Assembly: GCA_051531975.1 (NCBI GenBank) | Contig: JAOPTT010000006.1 | Coordinates: 558,977-622,976 of the forward strand | Length of the DNA stretch: 64,000 nt | Direction of reading: 5' to 3' | DNA from: Spirochaetaceae bacterium | GTDB lineage: Bacteria > Spirochaetota > Spirochaetia > DSM-2461 | In this document: positions 11,418 to 22,387 of the stretch, in pieces | How positions within the stretch are numbered: the stretch's first letter is position 1 | Layout: the number at the start of each line of letters is the position of its first letter | Made by a program: the position numbers and the translations under genes | The notes under the pieces: model-generated | Databases searched by the model: none | What the model was told of the DNA's origin: nothing | What the model saw: the letters and a program-made list of their open reading frames with translations, nothing else

Positions 11418-11696
11418 TTATTTTCCAGCAAAAGGAAGAACTGCAATAGTTCTTGCTCTTTTGATCTCTCTAGTTAATGCTCTTTGGTGAGATGCACAAG
11501 TACCAGTAATTCTTCTTGGTAATATTTTACCATTATCTGATACAAATCTTTTTAAAGATTCAGCATTCTTATAATCCATTGCAGCTTTACCTACACAAAA
11601 TTTACAAACTTTCTTTCTGAAGAATTTATTTGCTCTTGGACCTTTTGGTGCAAAAGATTTTCTTCCAGAATCGTCGCTTCTTTGCTCATCGCTCAT
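11418..11696 (-). CDS. rpsR: 30S ribosomal protein S18
   Basis: [24 protein letters not shown] at 11696 follows AGGAG. Confidence 0.97.
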   Translation of the reverse strand: MSDEQRSDDSGRKSFAPKGPRANKFFRKKVCKFCVGKAAMDYKNAESLKRFVSDNGKILPRRITGTCASHQRALTREIKRARTIAVLPFAGK

Positions 11697-11711
11697 AGTC
11701 AACTCCTAATC

Positions 11712-12230
11712 TTAAAATGGTATATCGTCTTCGAAATTACCATTCCCACCCTGATTTCCGGATGGATAATTTTCGTAGGACGGTTTATTGTTGCTTACAC
11801 TGTTATTATTGTGATTATTATTTCCAGAATTTTGGTTTCCTTGATTAAAATTACTTTTCTGATTATTACCAGAATAACTTTGACCACCACCTTGCCCAGG
11901 ACTATTACCACCTAATAACTGAATATTATTACCAAGAACATAAACTTTACTTCTCTTTTGGCCATCTTGTTCCCATCGATCTTGCTTAAGTTCACCAATA
12001 ACAGCAATTTGCTTACCTTTCAGTAAATACTGATTTAAAGTTTCACCTAATCTACCTAGTAAAGTAACATCAATAAAGTTGGCCTCTTCAACCCATTGAT
12101 CTCCATCTTTTTTAGTAGAATTAACAGCAAGTGATAATTTAGATATTGCAAAACCACTATTAGTATACTTTAGTTCTGAATCTCTAGTTAGTCGACCTAC
12201 AATTGTAACACTGTTTATATCTTTAGCCAT
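11712..12230 (-). CDS. ssb: Single-stranded DNA-binding protein
   Basis: N.V..VGRLTRD OB fold, G/N-rich linker, FEDDIPF tail. Confidence 0.97.
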   Translation of the reverse strand: MAKDINSVTIVGRLTRDSELKYTNSGFAISKLSLAVNSTKKDGDQWVEEANFIDVTLLGRLGETLNQYLLKGKQIAVIGELKQDRWEQDGQKRSKVYVLGNNIQLLGGNSPGQGGGQSYSGNNQKSNFNQGNQNSGNNNHNNNSVSNNKPSYENYPSGNQGGNGNFEDDIPF

Positions 12231-12254
12231 AACAACCCCTATCCTTGATTTAAT

Positions 12255-12536
12255 CTATTTTTCTGAACGAATAAAAAGATATTTTAATAATTCATCTTTA
12301 AGTTTAAATTGTTCATCAAGTATTGCTACTTTTGAACCATCTAACTTAATTAAGAAAAAGTGATAGTGCGATCTATCTTCTTTTTTGATTTGATAAGCTA
12401 CAGGTCTATCACCCATATCTTCTTCTTTTAAGAATTCTGCACCAGCTTCAGTTAATAAAGCTTTTACAGCTTCTAAACCTTTAGCATAGTTGTCTTCTTT
12501 CGTTTTAAAAAGACATACCAATTCATATTTTGTCAT
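12255..12536 (-). CDS. rpsF: 30S ribosomal protein S6
   Basis: KYE, G.R..AY.IKK motifs; first gene of rpsF-ssb-rpsR-rplI. Confidence 0.93.
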   Translation of the reverse strand: MTKYELVCLFKTKEDNYAKGLEAVKALLTEAGAEFLKEEDMGDRPVAYQIKKEDRSHYHFFLIKLDGSKVAILDEQFKLKDELLKYLFIRSEK

Positions 12537-12539
12537 CTG

Positions 12540-12590
12540 TTCCTCCTTGCGGACTTCTATGATTCACTAACAGTGAATAAAGAGGCTACA
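12540..12590 (-). promoter_or_regulatory. Putative S6:S18 autoregulatory leader RNA
   Basis: Minus strand CCTCTT...ATTCACT-GTT-AGTGAAT...CCGC-AAGGAGG: anti-SD pairing with a CCG just before the SD, as in S6:S18-binding leaders. Confidence 0.55.
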
Positions 12591-12592
12591 AT

Positions 12593-12621
12593 AAAATAGC
12601 ATAGTACAAAATATGAGTCAA
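12593..12621 (-). promoter_or_regulatory. Sigma70-type promoter of the rpsF operon
   Basis: TTGACT-17 bp-TATTTT with extended -10 TG. Confidence 0.55.
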
Positions 12622-12652
12622 GATCCAAAGCGTTTCTTACGATAATTGAAAG

Positions 12653-13099
12653 ATGGAAAACATAACAAATACGCTGATACAGTACGAAGAAAACATCTTT
12701 TATTTAAAGTTATCTTTAAATAATATAAAAAAAGCTCAATTACTTAATATAAATAGGGAACTTTTTCAAAACAAAATTAAGCAAGATCTTGCTTTTATTC
12801 AAAAGTGTACCAATGTTTTATATGAACATCTACAAAAAAATAGTAAATTTATAACTATGAATGAGCAATTACACTCAATTCAGAGCCTAAAAAAATTATT
12901 TAATAGAGAAGTTAACTCTTTAATAAAGTCCGGATTTATTAAAAAGTCAGATTTTATTGAACAGTTAGAAATAAATAATTTTGATATTGAAAAGATTTCT
13001 GATAAAATCAGTGAAATTGCTGATGATGTAAACAAGGAAGACTTAACTACAAACGAAGAGTTAAATATTTTATTAATGGATGATATGAATAATGAATAA
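12653..13099 (+). CDS. Hypothetical helical protein
   Basis: 148-aa ORF overlapping the next gene; no recognised motif. Confidence 0.65.
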   Translation: MENITNTLIQYEENIFYLKLSLNNIKKAQLLNINRELFQNKIKQDLAFIQKCTNVLYEHLQKNSKFITMNEQLHSIQSLKKLFNREVNSLIKSGFIKKSDFIEQLEINNFDIEKISDKISEIADDVNKEDLTTNEELNILLMDDMNNE

Positions 13100-14543
13100 C
13101 ATAAACTACGAATTATCAAATACTTTACTGAAGTTATTTAATGATGGGGAAATTGGTCAAGAACCTAAAGTTGTTCTTCAAGATCTACCCAATGTTGATA
13201 ATATAAATATATTTGACTTATCTAATGATATAAATATTGCAATTGATGAAAAACAAGTAAATAACTTTTTTAACAAATTTAATTTACCACCTGATATTTT
13301 CATTGAATGTAAATTAAATAACTTCTATTTCAACTCTGAACTGTTAGAAAAAATTGGAATATATTTATATCCTACAATTGCATTTGGTGTATTAAATGGT
13401 GGTTCTGCAACAAGTTATGTTGATATTTCAAAAAACAGAGGATTTAATGAAGAATTACATAATAATTTATCAGAAGTATTTAAAGATTTAACTTCTAAAT
13501 ACAAAGGAAAAGCAAAAGGTATTACCCCAGCGTACATTAATCCAGATGGAAGTCCTGGAGTTTCTTTTATGGAATTAAAATTTCGTTCATTATTATTAGA
13601 ATCGAAAAAGTATAATGATGTAACTGGTCTTGATCCAAAAAATCTTTTCCCTATATTTCAAATGACCTCTTCAATGAATAATGAAGAAATTAATTCTTTT
13701 TATGATTCAATTAAAGACAGTCCAATGTTAAAAGAACTAATTAAAGAAACAAATAATAATAATATATCAAATGTATATTCTGGAATTCAGCCATTAATAA
13801 CTGCTTTTACTCATTCTAGTGTTTCAGATAAGAAAGAAATATTTAAAGATAGTGATGGAGAGAATTTAGCACTACCAGGTGGGCATGGACAGTGTTTTTT
13901 AGTTTTAAAACAGATATTTAAAGATTTATTAAAAAAAGGTGTATACTTTATAACACTTGGAAATGTAGATAATATAGGTTATTCAATTGATCCAAAAACA
14001 CTTGCTTTATTAGCTTTAACTGGTAAACAAGCAACATTTGATTTTTCATATAAGACACAATTTGATGTAAAAGGTGGTATTTTAATAAAAGATCAATTTG
14101 GTAAACTAAATTGTGCAGATATTGGTGTTGCAGTTTCTAAAAATGACTTAGAAAAAGCACAAGAAAGTGGAAAACCTATTCTATTTAACTGTGCTACTGG
14201 TATGTTTTCTTTGGAATATCTTGTAAATAATTTAGATGATATAATATTAAAGCTTCCTACTAGATTTAGTGATCAAAATAAAGATATAGGATTATACTCC
14301 CAAGCTGAACAAGTTACATGGGAGATAATAAGTCTACTAGATGATTTTATGATAATGGCGGTTAACAAATATGACAGATTTTTAGCTTCTAAATTATTAT
14401 TAGAAAATTTAGTAACAAGTGGTTTTGCTACTAATATAACAAATATAGAACTAAAAAATTGTGCTAAAGAATTAAATAAAGGACTATTAAATATATTAGA
14501 AAACAAATTAAATCTAAAAATAATTAATGGTAAATGGGTTTAA
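13092..14543 (+). CDS. UDPGP-family UTP--sugar-1-phosphate uridylyltransferase
   Basis: LNGGSATS, PGGHG, NVDN, KGG motifs of the eukaryote-like UDPGP family. Confidence 0.85.
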   Translation: MNNINYELSNTLLKLFNDGEIGQEPKVVLQDLPNVDNINIFDLSNDINIAIDEKQVNNFFNKFNLPPDIFIECKLNNFYFNSELLEKIGIYLYPTIAFGVLNGGSATSYVDISKNRGFNEELHNNLSEVFKDLTSKYKGKAKGITPAYINPDGSPGVSFMELKFRSLLLESKKYNDVTGLDPKNLFPIFQMTSSMNNEEINSFYDSIKDSPMLKELIKETNNNNISNVYSGIQPLITAFTHSSVSDKKEIFKDSDGENLALPGGHGQCFLVLKQIFKDLLKKGVYFITLGNVDNIGYSIDPKTLALLALTGKQATFDFSYKTQFDVKGGILIKDQFGKLNCADIGVAVSKNDLEKAQESGKPILFNCATGMFSLEYLVNNLDDIILKLPTRFSDQNKDIGLYSQAEQVTWEIISLLDDFMIMAVNKYDRFLASKLLLENLVTSGFATNITNIELKNCAKELNKGLLNILENKLNLKIINGKWV

Positions 14544-14546
14544 TTC

Positions 14547-15251
14547 TTATTTAATAATTGTTTCTAGGGCAAGTTCCATCATTTGAGTAAAAGTTTTTTC
14601 TCTTTCTTCACTTGATGTTTCTTCCCAAGTAACTAATGAATCACTTACTGTTAAAATTGTTAAAGCACTAACATTATATTTTGCAGCTAAAGTATATAGA
14701 GCCGAAGATTCCATCTCAACAGCTAGAACATTAAAGTTAGCCCACATTTTCCACTCATCAGGATTATCTGTATAAAATGAATCTGAAGAAAGCACATTAC
14801 CTGCTTTTAAATCAATATCCATTTTTTTTGCTACATCCAAAGCATTAGAAAACAGTTTAAAATCTGCTGTTGGTGCAAAATCCATTCCATTAAATCTATT
14901 TTTGTTCATTGATGAATTTGTCGAAGATGCCATTGCTAAAACAATATCTCTTACATGAATATCAGATTGCATAGAACCACAAGAACCTACACGAATAAGT
15001 TTCTTAACATCATATTCTTTTATCAATTCATTAACATATATTGATAAAGATGGTAAGCCCATTCCGGTACCCTGTACTGAAATTTTTTCACCCTTATATA
15101 GACCAGTATATCCTAGCATTCCCCGTACTTTATTATAACATACAGGGTTTTCTAAATAATTTTTAGCAATAAATTCCGCCCTAAGTGGATCACCTGGAAG
15201 TAATATTTTATCAGCTATTGCGCCTTTTTCTGCATTAATATGAATACTCAA
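14547..15251 (-). CDS. deoD: Purine nucleoside phosphorylase
   Basis: [26 protein letters not shown]. Confidence 0.96.
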   Translation of the reverse strand: MSIHINAEKGAIADKILLPGDPLRAEFIAKNYLENPVCYNKVRGMLGYTGLYKGEKISVQGTGMGLPSLSIYVNELIKEYDVKKLIRVGSCGSMQSDIHVRDIVLAMASSTNSSMNKNRFNGMDFAPTADFKLFSNALDVAKKMDIDLKAGNVLSSDSFYTDNPDEWKMWANFNVLAVEMESSALYTLAAKYNVSALTILTVSDSLVTWEETSSEEREKTFTQMMELALETIIK

Positions 15252-15263
15252 ATTAAACCTCTT

Positions 15264-15698
15264 TTATTTCAGTACTCCAAGCACTCTTTCTAAAACTTTT
15301 TTTCTATCTAATGGTTTAACAATATAATTTTTTGCACCAATCATTAGAGACTTTTTAACTAAATCTTGCTTACCTAGTGCACTAACCATTACAACTTTAG
15401 CATCTTTATCAAATTCAATAATCTTTTCTAATGCAGTAACCCCATCCATTTTAGGCATTGTTATATCCATAGTAACAATATCTACATTTGGATGTAGTTC
15501 TTTGTACATTTCTACACCTTCTTCACCATTTCCGGCGGCTCCAATTACCTCAAAACCTTCTGAATTTAATATCTGTGATATCTGTTTTCTTACAAAAACA
15601 GAATCATCAACTACTAAAACCTTATATGCTAAACCAGAATCACTTTGACCTTCTGGTTTTCTTTCATTAATTGAAGGCATATCACTATTAGTTTTCAT
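15264..15698 (-). CDS. cheY: Chemotaxis response regulator
   Basis: VVDD, MDITMP.MDG, SA, KP; end of che operon. Confidence 0.92.
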   Translation of the reverse strand: MKTNSDMPSINERKPEGQSDSGLAYKVLVVDDSVFVRKQISQILNSEGFEVIGAAGNGEEGVEMYKELHPNVDIVTMDITMPKMDGVTALEKIIEFDKDAKVVMVSALGKQDLVKKSLMIGAKNYIVKPLDRKKVLERVLGVLK

Positions 15699-15706
15699 AT
15701 ATACTC

Positions 15707-16171
15707 CTAGTTTCTCTCTCTAATTGCCACATTAATTTCAATTTTCCCAAGTGTTAATTCCATAGGAACAATTAAAGCTTCCACATCCATATCTGTTACT
15801 TGCATATTTTCACCAGTAATAATTGCAGGGGGAGTAAGGTCAAACTTAAAACCTAAATCATATAATTTAGTTACAGCTTGAGCTGTGATCATATTAGCTA
15901 ATTCAGTTATGGTTGCTTTTCCAAGATCATCTAAGCTTGGAAGAGTCTCTCCATTCATTGCAGATGCTAAATCAACAGCCGTCTGCATACTCATGTCAAA
16001 TAAAACTCGACCTTCAACATCTCCTGCTAAACCTACTATAGCAGCAACACCCATAACAGGTTGTGTTGTTCTTTTAAGAAATAATTCCCCTCTTTGTACT
16101 TCAGTACCAAGCACTTCTTTTAACACATTAAATGCTGCTTCAACAAACGGGTTAATATATTCTACTCTCAT
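15707..16171 (-). CDS. cheX: CheY-P phosphatase
   Basis: YINPF, G..G...G, ELANMI, LTPP. Confidence 0.93.
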   Translation of the reverse strand: MRVEYINPFVEAAFNVLKEVLGTEVQRGELFLKRTTQPVMGVAAIVGLAGDVEGRVLFDMSMQTAVDLASAMNGETLPSLDDLGKATITELANMITAQAVTKLYDLGFKFDLTPPAIITGENMQVTDMDVEALIVPMELTLGKIEINVAIRERN

Positions 16172-16213
16172 GGACTACAATCTCCTTCTAATATCTTGTT
16201 ATATTGTTTAACA

Positions 16214-17524
16214 CTATTTTTTTATATAAACTCTAATGGATCCAGAACTACTTTCTGTCCAATCTCCAGAATTTGGTAGTTCCTCATTTTCTCCTAATAA
16301 TAAAACTCCACCAGGTTTCATTTTTTTAGCCACTATTGCAAAGAATTTCATCTGAACATCTTCTGGTAAAAATGATATTAAATCTCTAGCACATATAAAC
16401 TGATAGCCAGAGAAATGATCTGCATTATTAACATCGTGGTATTCAAATCTAATTGAATCTTTTATTTCATTATTAAAACTATAACCATTTATAGATTCAG
16501 AAACAAAATTCCTATATCTATCAGGGATATCGCTTTTACTAAAGTTTAATGCAGGTGCAGATGAAATGCTTAATAAATCTGAATCTCCTGCATGAATTTT
16601 AATTTGGGTACTACCATAATGTTCTTTTAACATACAAGCCAATGAATATGTTTCGTATCCTCTACCACAACCAGGATTCCAAATTTGCATAATACCAGAA
16701 GATACATTTGGTAACACCTTCTTTATTGCATCTATATAATCTGTTTTCCAGAACTGCCCAGTACAAGGAGAGAAAAATGGTAATAAAAATTCATTTGCAG
16801 AAGCTTCAGATTCAAGTTGAAAGTCTTTTCCTTCTGCATTTCTATACTGTTTCCAGATTTTACCTCTATCTTTTAACCACACCATATTCACTGGAGATAC
16901 ATTGAACTTTTTAAAAGTGCTTAACGTATCTTTAAAAAAGCTAATATCAATTGCTTCTTCTTTAGTAGATTTAAATTCTTCTTTAGCATTTAACTGACTT
17001 ATAGCTTCAATCTGTTTATCAACAGATTCTGGATTAGTAGAAAATATCTTCTCTACATCTAAAATAATGTAAAGTTTTTTATCATTTTCAACTACACCGT
17101 GGATATATTCAATATTAACATCGCCAAACAGAGGATGTGATGGCTGTATTCGAGAACTAGATACACCTACAACTCTATCAATACCATCAACGATTACACC
17201 TATAAGGTGGCCATATTCTAATTGTAATATGACCATGTTTTCAGATTCATTATCCTGCTTTTCTTCAATCTTAAGTCCAAAAAACAATCTTAAATCTATT
17301 ATTGAAATTATCTCTCCCCTAAGATTATATACACCACGAACAAAAGGTGCTGTATTTGGAACGAACGTAAATCTATCAGCTTTTGATATACTAGCAACAT
17401 TCATTATATTTATTCCATAATCTTTTCCAGCTAAAGTGAAAGTAACCATTTTATAATCAATGTTTACAGAGATATCTTTGTCTTCAACTGCTACATTCAT
17501 CTTCTCATCTTCCATTAATATCAA
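16214..17524 (-). CDS. cheW: CheW-CheR-like fusion (spirochaete CheW type; start possibly ATG 17515)
   Basis: N-terminal CheW (GVYNLRGEII..IDLR) plus C-terminal CheR-like domain (WNPGCGRGYETYS, PGG.L.LG..E). Confidence 0.9.
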   Translation of the reverse strand: MILMEDEKMNVAVEDKDISVNIDYKMVTFTLAGKDYGINIMNVASISKADRFTFVPNTAPFVRGVYNLRGEIISIIDLRLFFGLKIEEKQDNESENMVILQLEYGHLIGVIVDGIDRVVGVSSSRIQPSHPLFGDVNIEYIHGVVENDKKLYIILDVEKIFSTNPESVDKQIEAISQLNAKEEFKSTKEEAIDISFFKDTLSTFKKFNVSPVNMVWLKDRGKIWKQYRNAEGKDFQLESEASANEFLLPFFSPCTGQFWKTDYIDAIKKVLPNVSSGIMQIWNPGCGRGYETYSLACMLKEHYGSTQIKIHAGDSDLLSISSAPALNFSKSDIPDRYRNFVSESINGYSFNNEIKDSIRFEYHDVNNADHFSGYQFICARDLISFLPEDVQMKFFAIVAKKMKPGGVLLLGENEELPNSGDWTESSSGSIRVYIKK

Positions 17525-19854
17525 CCTCTACCTAGTATGAGAGCATCTCTTTGTTGTCTCTCCGCTACTTCTTTTTTCATTCCTAATTCTAATAATTGAC
17601 TTACATCGATAATTAGAGAAACTGTTCCATCACCTAAGATTGTAGCGCCTGCAATGCCTGGAGAACTTGTATAATGGTCATTTAGAGGTTTAATTACAAC
17701 ATCTTCCTCACCTATTAGAGAATCAACCATCAGTCCCATTCTCTTCTCTCCACTACCTACAATTACAACAAACTTATATTCTGTACCACTATCATCTGGT
17801 AATCTAAATAGTCGATTTAAACGTAATAATGAAATTACATCTTCTCGAACATTAAATACTTCATAGTTATCAATAAATCTAATTTCATCAGGTTTAATTC
17901 TGTGACTTTCAGCAACAGAAGTTATAGGTATCGCAAAAATTTCTTTACCAACCCTTACTAATAAACCTTGTATAATCGCTAATGTTAGCGGTAGTTTAAT
18001 AGTAAATCTAGATCCTGTACCAAATTCTGACCATACACTTACAGAACCATTTAATTTTTCAATCTTCCTACGAACAACATCAAGTCCAACACCTCTACCA
18101 GAGATATCTGTTACAGATTTAGCTGTTGAAAATCCAGGTTCAAAAATTAAATTAAATGCTTCTAGATCAGTTAAATTTTTATTTTCGTGAATTATTCCAT
18201 TTTTTACAGCCTTAGCCATAACATTTTTTACGTCGATTCCTGCACCATCATCTGCAATTTCAATAACTATCATGTTACCTTCATTTTTGGCTTTTAAAAG
18301 TATATGCCCTTCTTCAGACTTACCATTAGCAGCTCGTTCAGATTTAGTTTCAACACCATGGTCAATTGAGTTTCTAACACAGTGCATAAGTGGATCTAAT
18401 AAATCCTCAATAACTGATTTATCTAGTTCTGTATCTTCACCTTCTATTATTAAAGTAATATTTTTATCAAGTTTTTTTGATAAATCTCTAACAAGTCTAG
18501 GGAATCTAGAGAACACTTGTCCAATTGGTACCATTCGCACACGTAGTACACTTTCATGTAAATCACCAGTAGTACGGCCAAGATTAGTAGCAGTACTTCT
18601 AAATAAGTTAACAGTACTTTTTAAATTATTTTCAAAATCATCAAAAACACCATTTAGTTTTAAGTACTCTTCTGTTAATGATTTTTTTACTTCTTTACTT
18701 GAAGTACCTTCCCTTTGAAATTTATCAAATAGTTCAGGTAAAACATCAAAGAAACGCTTTAATTGATCTTTATAAGTAGATTCACAATTCTGAAAGTTTG
18801 TTAGAGAATCAGCAAATTGATTACTTATTTGGTTAAAAGTTGCTTTAGTTATAACAGCCTCACTAACAAGATTTAAAATCTCATCAATTCTTCTACTATC
18901 AACTCTTAATATAGAACCTTGAGTTGCAACAGCTTTTTTACCTTTTTTTGTAGATACATCATCTAAAACTTCTTCTTTTGTTTCTAAAGGAACAGAAACT
19001 AATGGTGTCTCAATTTCTTTAGCTATCTCTTTTTCTTGAACTACAACAGCTGGTTCTGGCGTCTTTTTAACCTCAGTTGCCGCTGATAAAAGAGTTACAC
19101 TACTTTCTAAAGTTACATCGGATAGTTCAGATTTTCTCTTAATATCAGATATATTTTCATCTGATGATAAATAATATTTTACATCAGCTACAAAATTATC
19201 ATCATACAATACATCAAAATCTGGTACAGTTTTTAAAATTTCACCAACTGACTTTAATGCAGTAAAAACTTGTATTCCACCTACACTATTCATAGGGTTT
19301 TCAGGATCAAACTTTACATGAACAACATAGACATCTTTTCCATTAGCAGCTTCTTGAAGCTCTAAAACATCGTATTCACTTAGTTCTGAATCATTAATAC
19401 TATTTTCTACTGTTTCACTTTTTTTCATAATAGGTTCAGCCTTTTGTTTTGGACTATCTCCATTTTTAAATGAATGTAATGTTTTTTCTATAGAAGAAAT
19501 ATCTTCTTGATAAATGTTGCCTTCACTTCTAGCATCTAACATCAATTTAATGACGTCTAAAGAATTTAATAGGCTATCAACAACATTTCCAGTTATGGAT
19601 ATCTGACCGGCTCGTATATCGTCCAGTAGATCTTCAACAATATGGGTAAAAGACGCTAATTCAGCCATCTGTACCGTAGCAGCTCCACCTTTTAAGGTAT
19701 GTGCAGCTCTAAATATTTCATCTATAGAATCCTTATCCGTTGGATTATTTTCTATAGATAATATATTTTGCTCCAACTGCTCTACTTGCATTTGTGCTTC
19801 AATAAAAAAGTCTTTTAATAACTCTTCGTTATTTGGGTCTAAATAATCGCTCAT
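17521..19854 (-). CDS. cheA: Chemotaxis histidine kinase
   Basis: Hpt FRAAHTLKG, HCVRNSIDHG, DDGAG, SGRGVGLDVV, C-terminal CheW-like domain. Confidence 0.97.
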   Translation of the reverse strand: MSDYLDPNNEELLKDFFIEAQMQVEQLEQNILSIENNPTDKDSIDEIFRAAHTLKGGAATVQMAELASFTHIVEDLLDDIRAGQISITGNVVDSLLNSLDVIKLMLDARSEGNIYQEDISSIEKTLHSFKNGDSPKQKAEPIMKKSETVENSINDSELSEYDVLELQEAANGKDVYVVHVKFDPENPMNSVGGIQVFTALKSVGEILKTVPDFDVLYDDNFVADVKYYLSSDENISDIKRKSELSDVTLESSVTLLSAATEVKKTPEPAVVVQEKEIAKEIETPLVSVPLETKEEVLDDVSTKKGKKAVATQGSILRVDSRRIDEILNLVSEAVITKATFNQISNQFADSLTNFQNCESTYKDQLKRFFDVLPELFDKFQREGTSSKEVKKSLTEEYLKLNGVFDDFENNLKSTVNLFRSTATNLGRTTGDLHESVLRVRMVPIGQVFSRFPRLVRDLSKKLDKNITLIIEGEDTELDKSVIEDLLDPLMHCVRNSIDHGVETKSERAANGKSEEGHILLKAKNEGNMIVIEIADDGAGIDVKNVMAKAVKNGIIHENKNLTDLEAFNLIFEPGFSTAKSVTDISGRGVGLDVVRRKIEKLNGSVSVWSEFGTGSRFTIKLPLTLAIIQGLLVRVGKEIFAIPITSVAESHRIKPDEIRFIDNYEVFNVREDVISLLRLNRLFRLPDDSGTEYKFVVIVGSGEKRMGLMVDSLIGEEDVVIKPLNDHYTSSPGIAGATILGDGTVSLIIDVSQLLELGMKKEVAERQQRDALILGRG

Positions 19855-19999
19855 AATATATAATTTTCTTGCAAAAAGAAGTGAAAGTCAAGTTATAAAA
19901 ACAAACTCTTTAATATGATTGATCTTTTAGTCATAAAAAACTTAAAAAGAATACCCAAAAAATAGGTTTATATACTATAATAAAATTAAGAGGTTTATT

Positions 20000-20860
20000 T
20001 TGAAAAAAATTATTATATTGTTAAACTTTTTTATAACATTTAGTCTGTTCTCTGTTGATTTTGATACATATTTTGCTATGAATAATTTTCATTTTAATGA
20101 TGATGATGAAATTTCTTCATCTTCTTATGATTTTGATTATGGTGAAATTGTTACTCAAGAAATTTCAGATGGGTTATATTTGGATGCTGGTTTTACTAAA
20201 AGTATAATTTCCGATTTCTCAATCTTTACAGATTTTAGAATAAGTAATGATCTATTTGGTTTTAACCTAGGAATATTTACTAACTTTCTAAACGATAGTA
20301 GTAAAATAATAACTCCTGGATTAAATTACGGATTAGATTTTAAAATTCCAGGTATTATACTAGTTAATTTAGAACTAAATAATACAATTCCAAATACATC
20401 ACCTTTAGAATCAGGAGTTAGTATAAATAATTACAATATTAAGCTCGGGTTTTATGCAGGAGAAGCAATAATAAGTATAAATTTAGATTCTTTAAGCAAT
20501 ACAAAAGGAACTATTTTAAGCTCTACATCTAATATAGATAATAAATATTATTTAAATTTAGATCTATTTAATAAATATTCTAAATATAGAATTAGTATAG
20601 ATTTAGGTTGGAATAGTATAAGTAGAAAAATAGATATATTAACTAATGAATCAGATACATTAGCCAGTGAAACAGAGAGTGATTTAGAAGCTGGTTCTGT
20701 GTATTTTAACTCCGACTTCACATTGTTATTTTTAGAAAACTTTGAGATAGATTTTGGATTATTATTACACCTAATTAGATTACCAATCAATGATGTTGAT
20801 GCATTTGAAAGCGATGAATTTAGTTGGGGATTTAATATTGGAGTAGTATATAAACTTTAA
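20000..20860 (+). CDS. Hypothetical exported protein, possible beta-barrel
   Basis: Signal peptide; beta-strand pattern ending GVVYKL. Confidence 0.6.
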   Translation: MKKIIILLNFFITFSLFSVDFDTYFAMNNFHFNDDDEISSSSYDFDYGEIVTQEISDGLYLDAGFTKSIISDFSIFTDFRISNDLFGFNLGIFTNFLNDSSKIITPGLNYGLDFKIPGIILVNLELNNTIPNTSPLESGVSINNYNIKLGFYAGEAIISINLDSLSNTKGTILSSTSNIDNKYYLNLDLFNKYSKYRISIDLGWNSISRKIDILTNESDTLASETESDLEAGSVYFNSDFTLLFLENFEIDFGLLLHLIRLPINDVDAFESDEFSWGFNIGVVYKL

Positions 20861-20861
20861 A

Positions 20862-22313
20862 TTATTCCAATACTTTCCTCTTTAAAACAGCAATATAATC
20901 TAGTAATTGTTTTGTGATAATTTTTTCAGAATTTACAATATTTTTATTCTCCATATTATTATTTAGCTCTTTAATTAATGTATTTAGTTCTAGTGCATCA
21001 CTTACTGGTGGATATAAGATTCTACCTGCACAAAAACTTTTCCATCGTTCTAACTCTTTTTGAGATAGTAGTTCAGGATGATTTCTACATATAAAACGCC
21101 ATAACATTTCAGATATTCTTGAATCATCAAAGTTCAATTTTAAGTCAATGAGGTCTTCCTTTCTAGTATTATGAATTAAAGTAAATTTAGCTTTATCCTC
21201 ATCTTTAAAAAAGCCACCACTATATATCTGAAAATCTGGATCTTTTATATCTTTTTTATTAGCTGTATCCTTAGTATAAACTTGAATAACTTTTTGAGTT
21301 AAATTTTGAACATCCTTAATTATATTAAGATGTTTAAAACATTCTTCAGTATTAATACCTAAACTTACTGATTCTTCTGGTGTTAATGTACCTAAAGGCG
21401 CAATTAAAGGGCTTTTATTAATGTGCACACATTTTAAATGGATTCTATTTTGATCAGCATTTAATTTATCAAATGGTAAAAAAAGTCTCTCTTTTATCTG
21501 TTCTGAAGTTAGTGCAACCAGATCCATAGGATCATAACGTAAATCATAACAGATAATAGAGTTTTTATTCAAAGGATCTACAGCCAATGGACATAACATC
21601 GTAGTACAGCCCATTTCTGATGTATACATTGCTGCTGTATGATAAAATGGTTTCCTTTTGAAAACATCTATATATTTTTTTACACCCTCTTTTTTCCTTA
21701 AGGAAAATGCAAAGTTAAAAAACTTTGGCTGAGCTTCATATATTTTTTTTGCTATACCAATGGTTGCTTCGACATCTGATAAAGCATCGTGGGCATTAAC
21801 ATGTTTTATTCCATTAACTTTACTCAACTCTTCTAATTTAAATATTGATTTTCCATGACTATCGTTAACCCAATTGATTCCTGTGGGTCTAAAATCGTGA
21901 ACACCTCTTACAAGATTAATAATATCCCACCTAGAATTTCCACGACCCCACTCTCTAAGATAAGGGTCTTTAAAATTTCTATAATATAAATTACGTATAA
22001 ATTCATCATCGAACTGGATGGAGTTATACCCTACAACGCAAGTTCCTGGTACGGAAAATTCTTTATCTATTTGATTAATAAAATCATATTCACTAATACC
22101 TTCTTCTATTGTTTTTTGAGGAGTAATTCCCGTAATATAACACGCTACAGGGTCCGGGAGATAATCTGGTGTTATTTTACAGTAAAGAACTAATGGTTCC
22201 CCTATTATCTCAAATTTCTGGTTTGTTCTAATACCAGCAAATTGTGCAACCTTATCCCATGCAGGGTTCCTACCAAATGTTTCTAAATCGTACCAATAAA
22301 GTGTTTCAGCCAT
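20862..22313 (-). CDS. sbcB: Exodeoxyribonuclease I
   Basis: YDLETFG, QFAGIRT, GYNSIQFDDE, HDALSDV.AT (DEDDh); ExoI C-terminal features. Confidence 0.93.
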   Translation of the reverse strand: MAETLYWYDLETFGRNPAWDKVAQFAGIRTNQKFEIIGEPLVLYCKITPDYLPDPVACYITGITPQKTIEEGISEYDFINQIDKEFSVPGTCVVGYNSIQFDDEFIRNLYYRNFKDPYLREWGRGNSRWDIINLVRGVHDFRPTGINWVNDSHGKSIFKLEELSKVNGIKHVNAHDALSDVEATIGIAKKIYEAQPKFFNFAFSLRKKEGVKKYIDVFKRKPFYHTAAMYTSEMGCTTMLCPLAVDPLNKNSIICYDLRYDPMDLVALTSEQIKERLFLPFDKLNADQNRIHLKCVHINKSPLIAPLGTLTPEESVSLGINTEECFKHLNIIKDVQNLTQKVIQVYTKDTANKKDIKDPDFQIYSGGFFKDEDKAKFTLIHNTRKEDLIDLKLNFDDSRISEMLWRFICRNHPELLSQKELERWKSFCAGRILYPPVSDALELNTLIKELNNNMENKNIVNSEKIITKQLLDYIAVLKRKVLE

Positions 22314-22387
22314 GTAAATATAATATGTAAAAAACTCTTTTTACTAAAGTGCTTTAATTAAATAAAATACTATGTTAATAATTACAT

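Noticed and set aside
16214..17524. CheW-CheR fusion as a novelty
   Set aside because: Already known from Borrelia and Treponema cheA-cheW-cheX-cheY operons.
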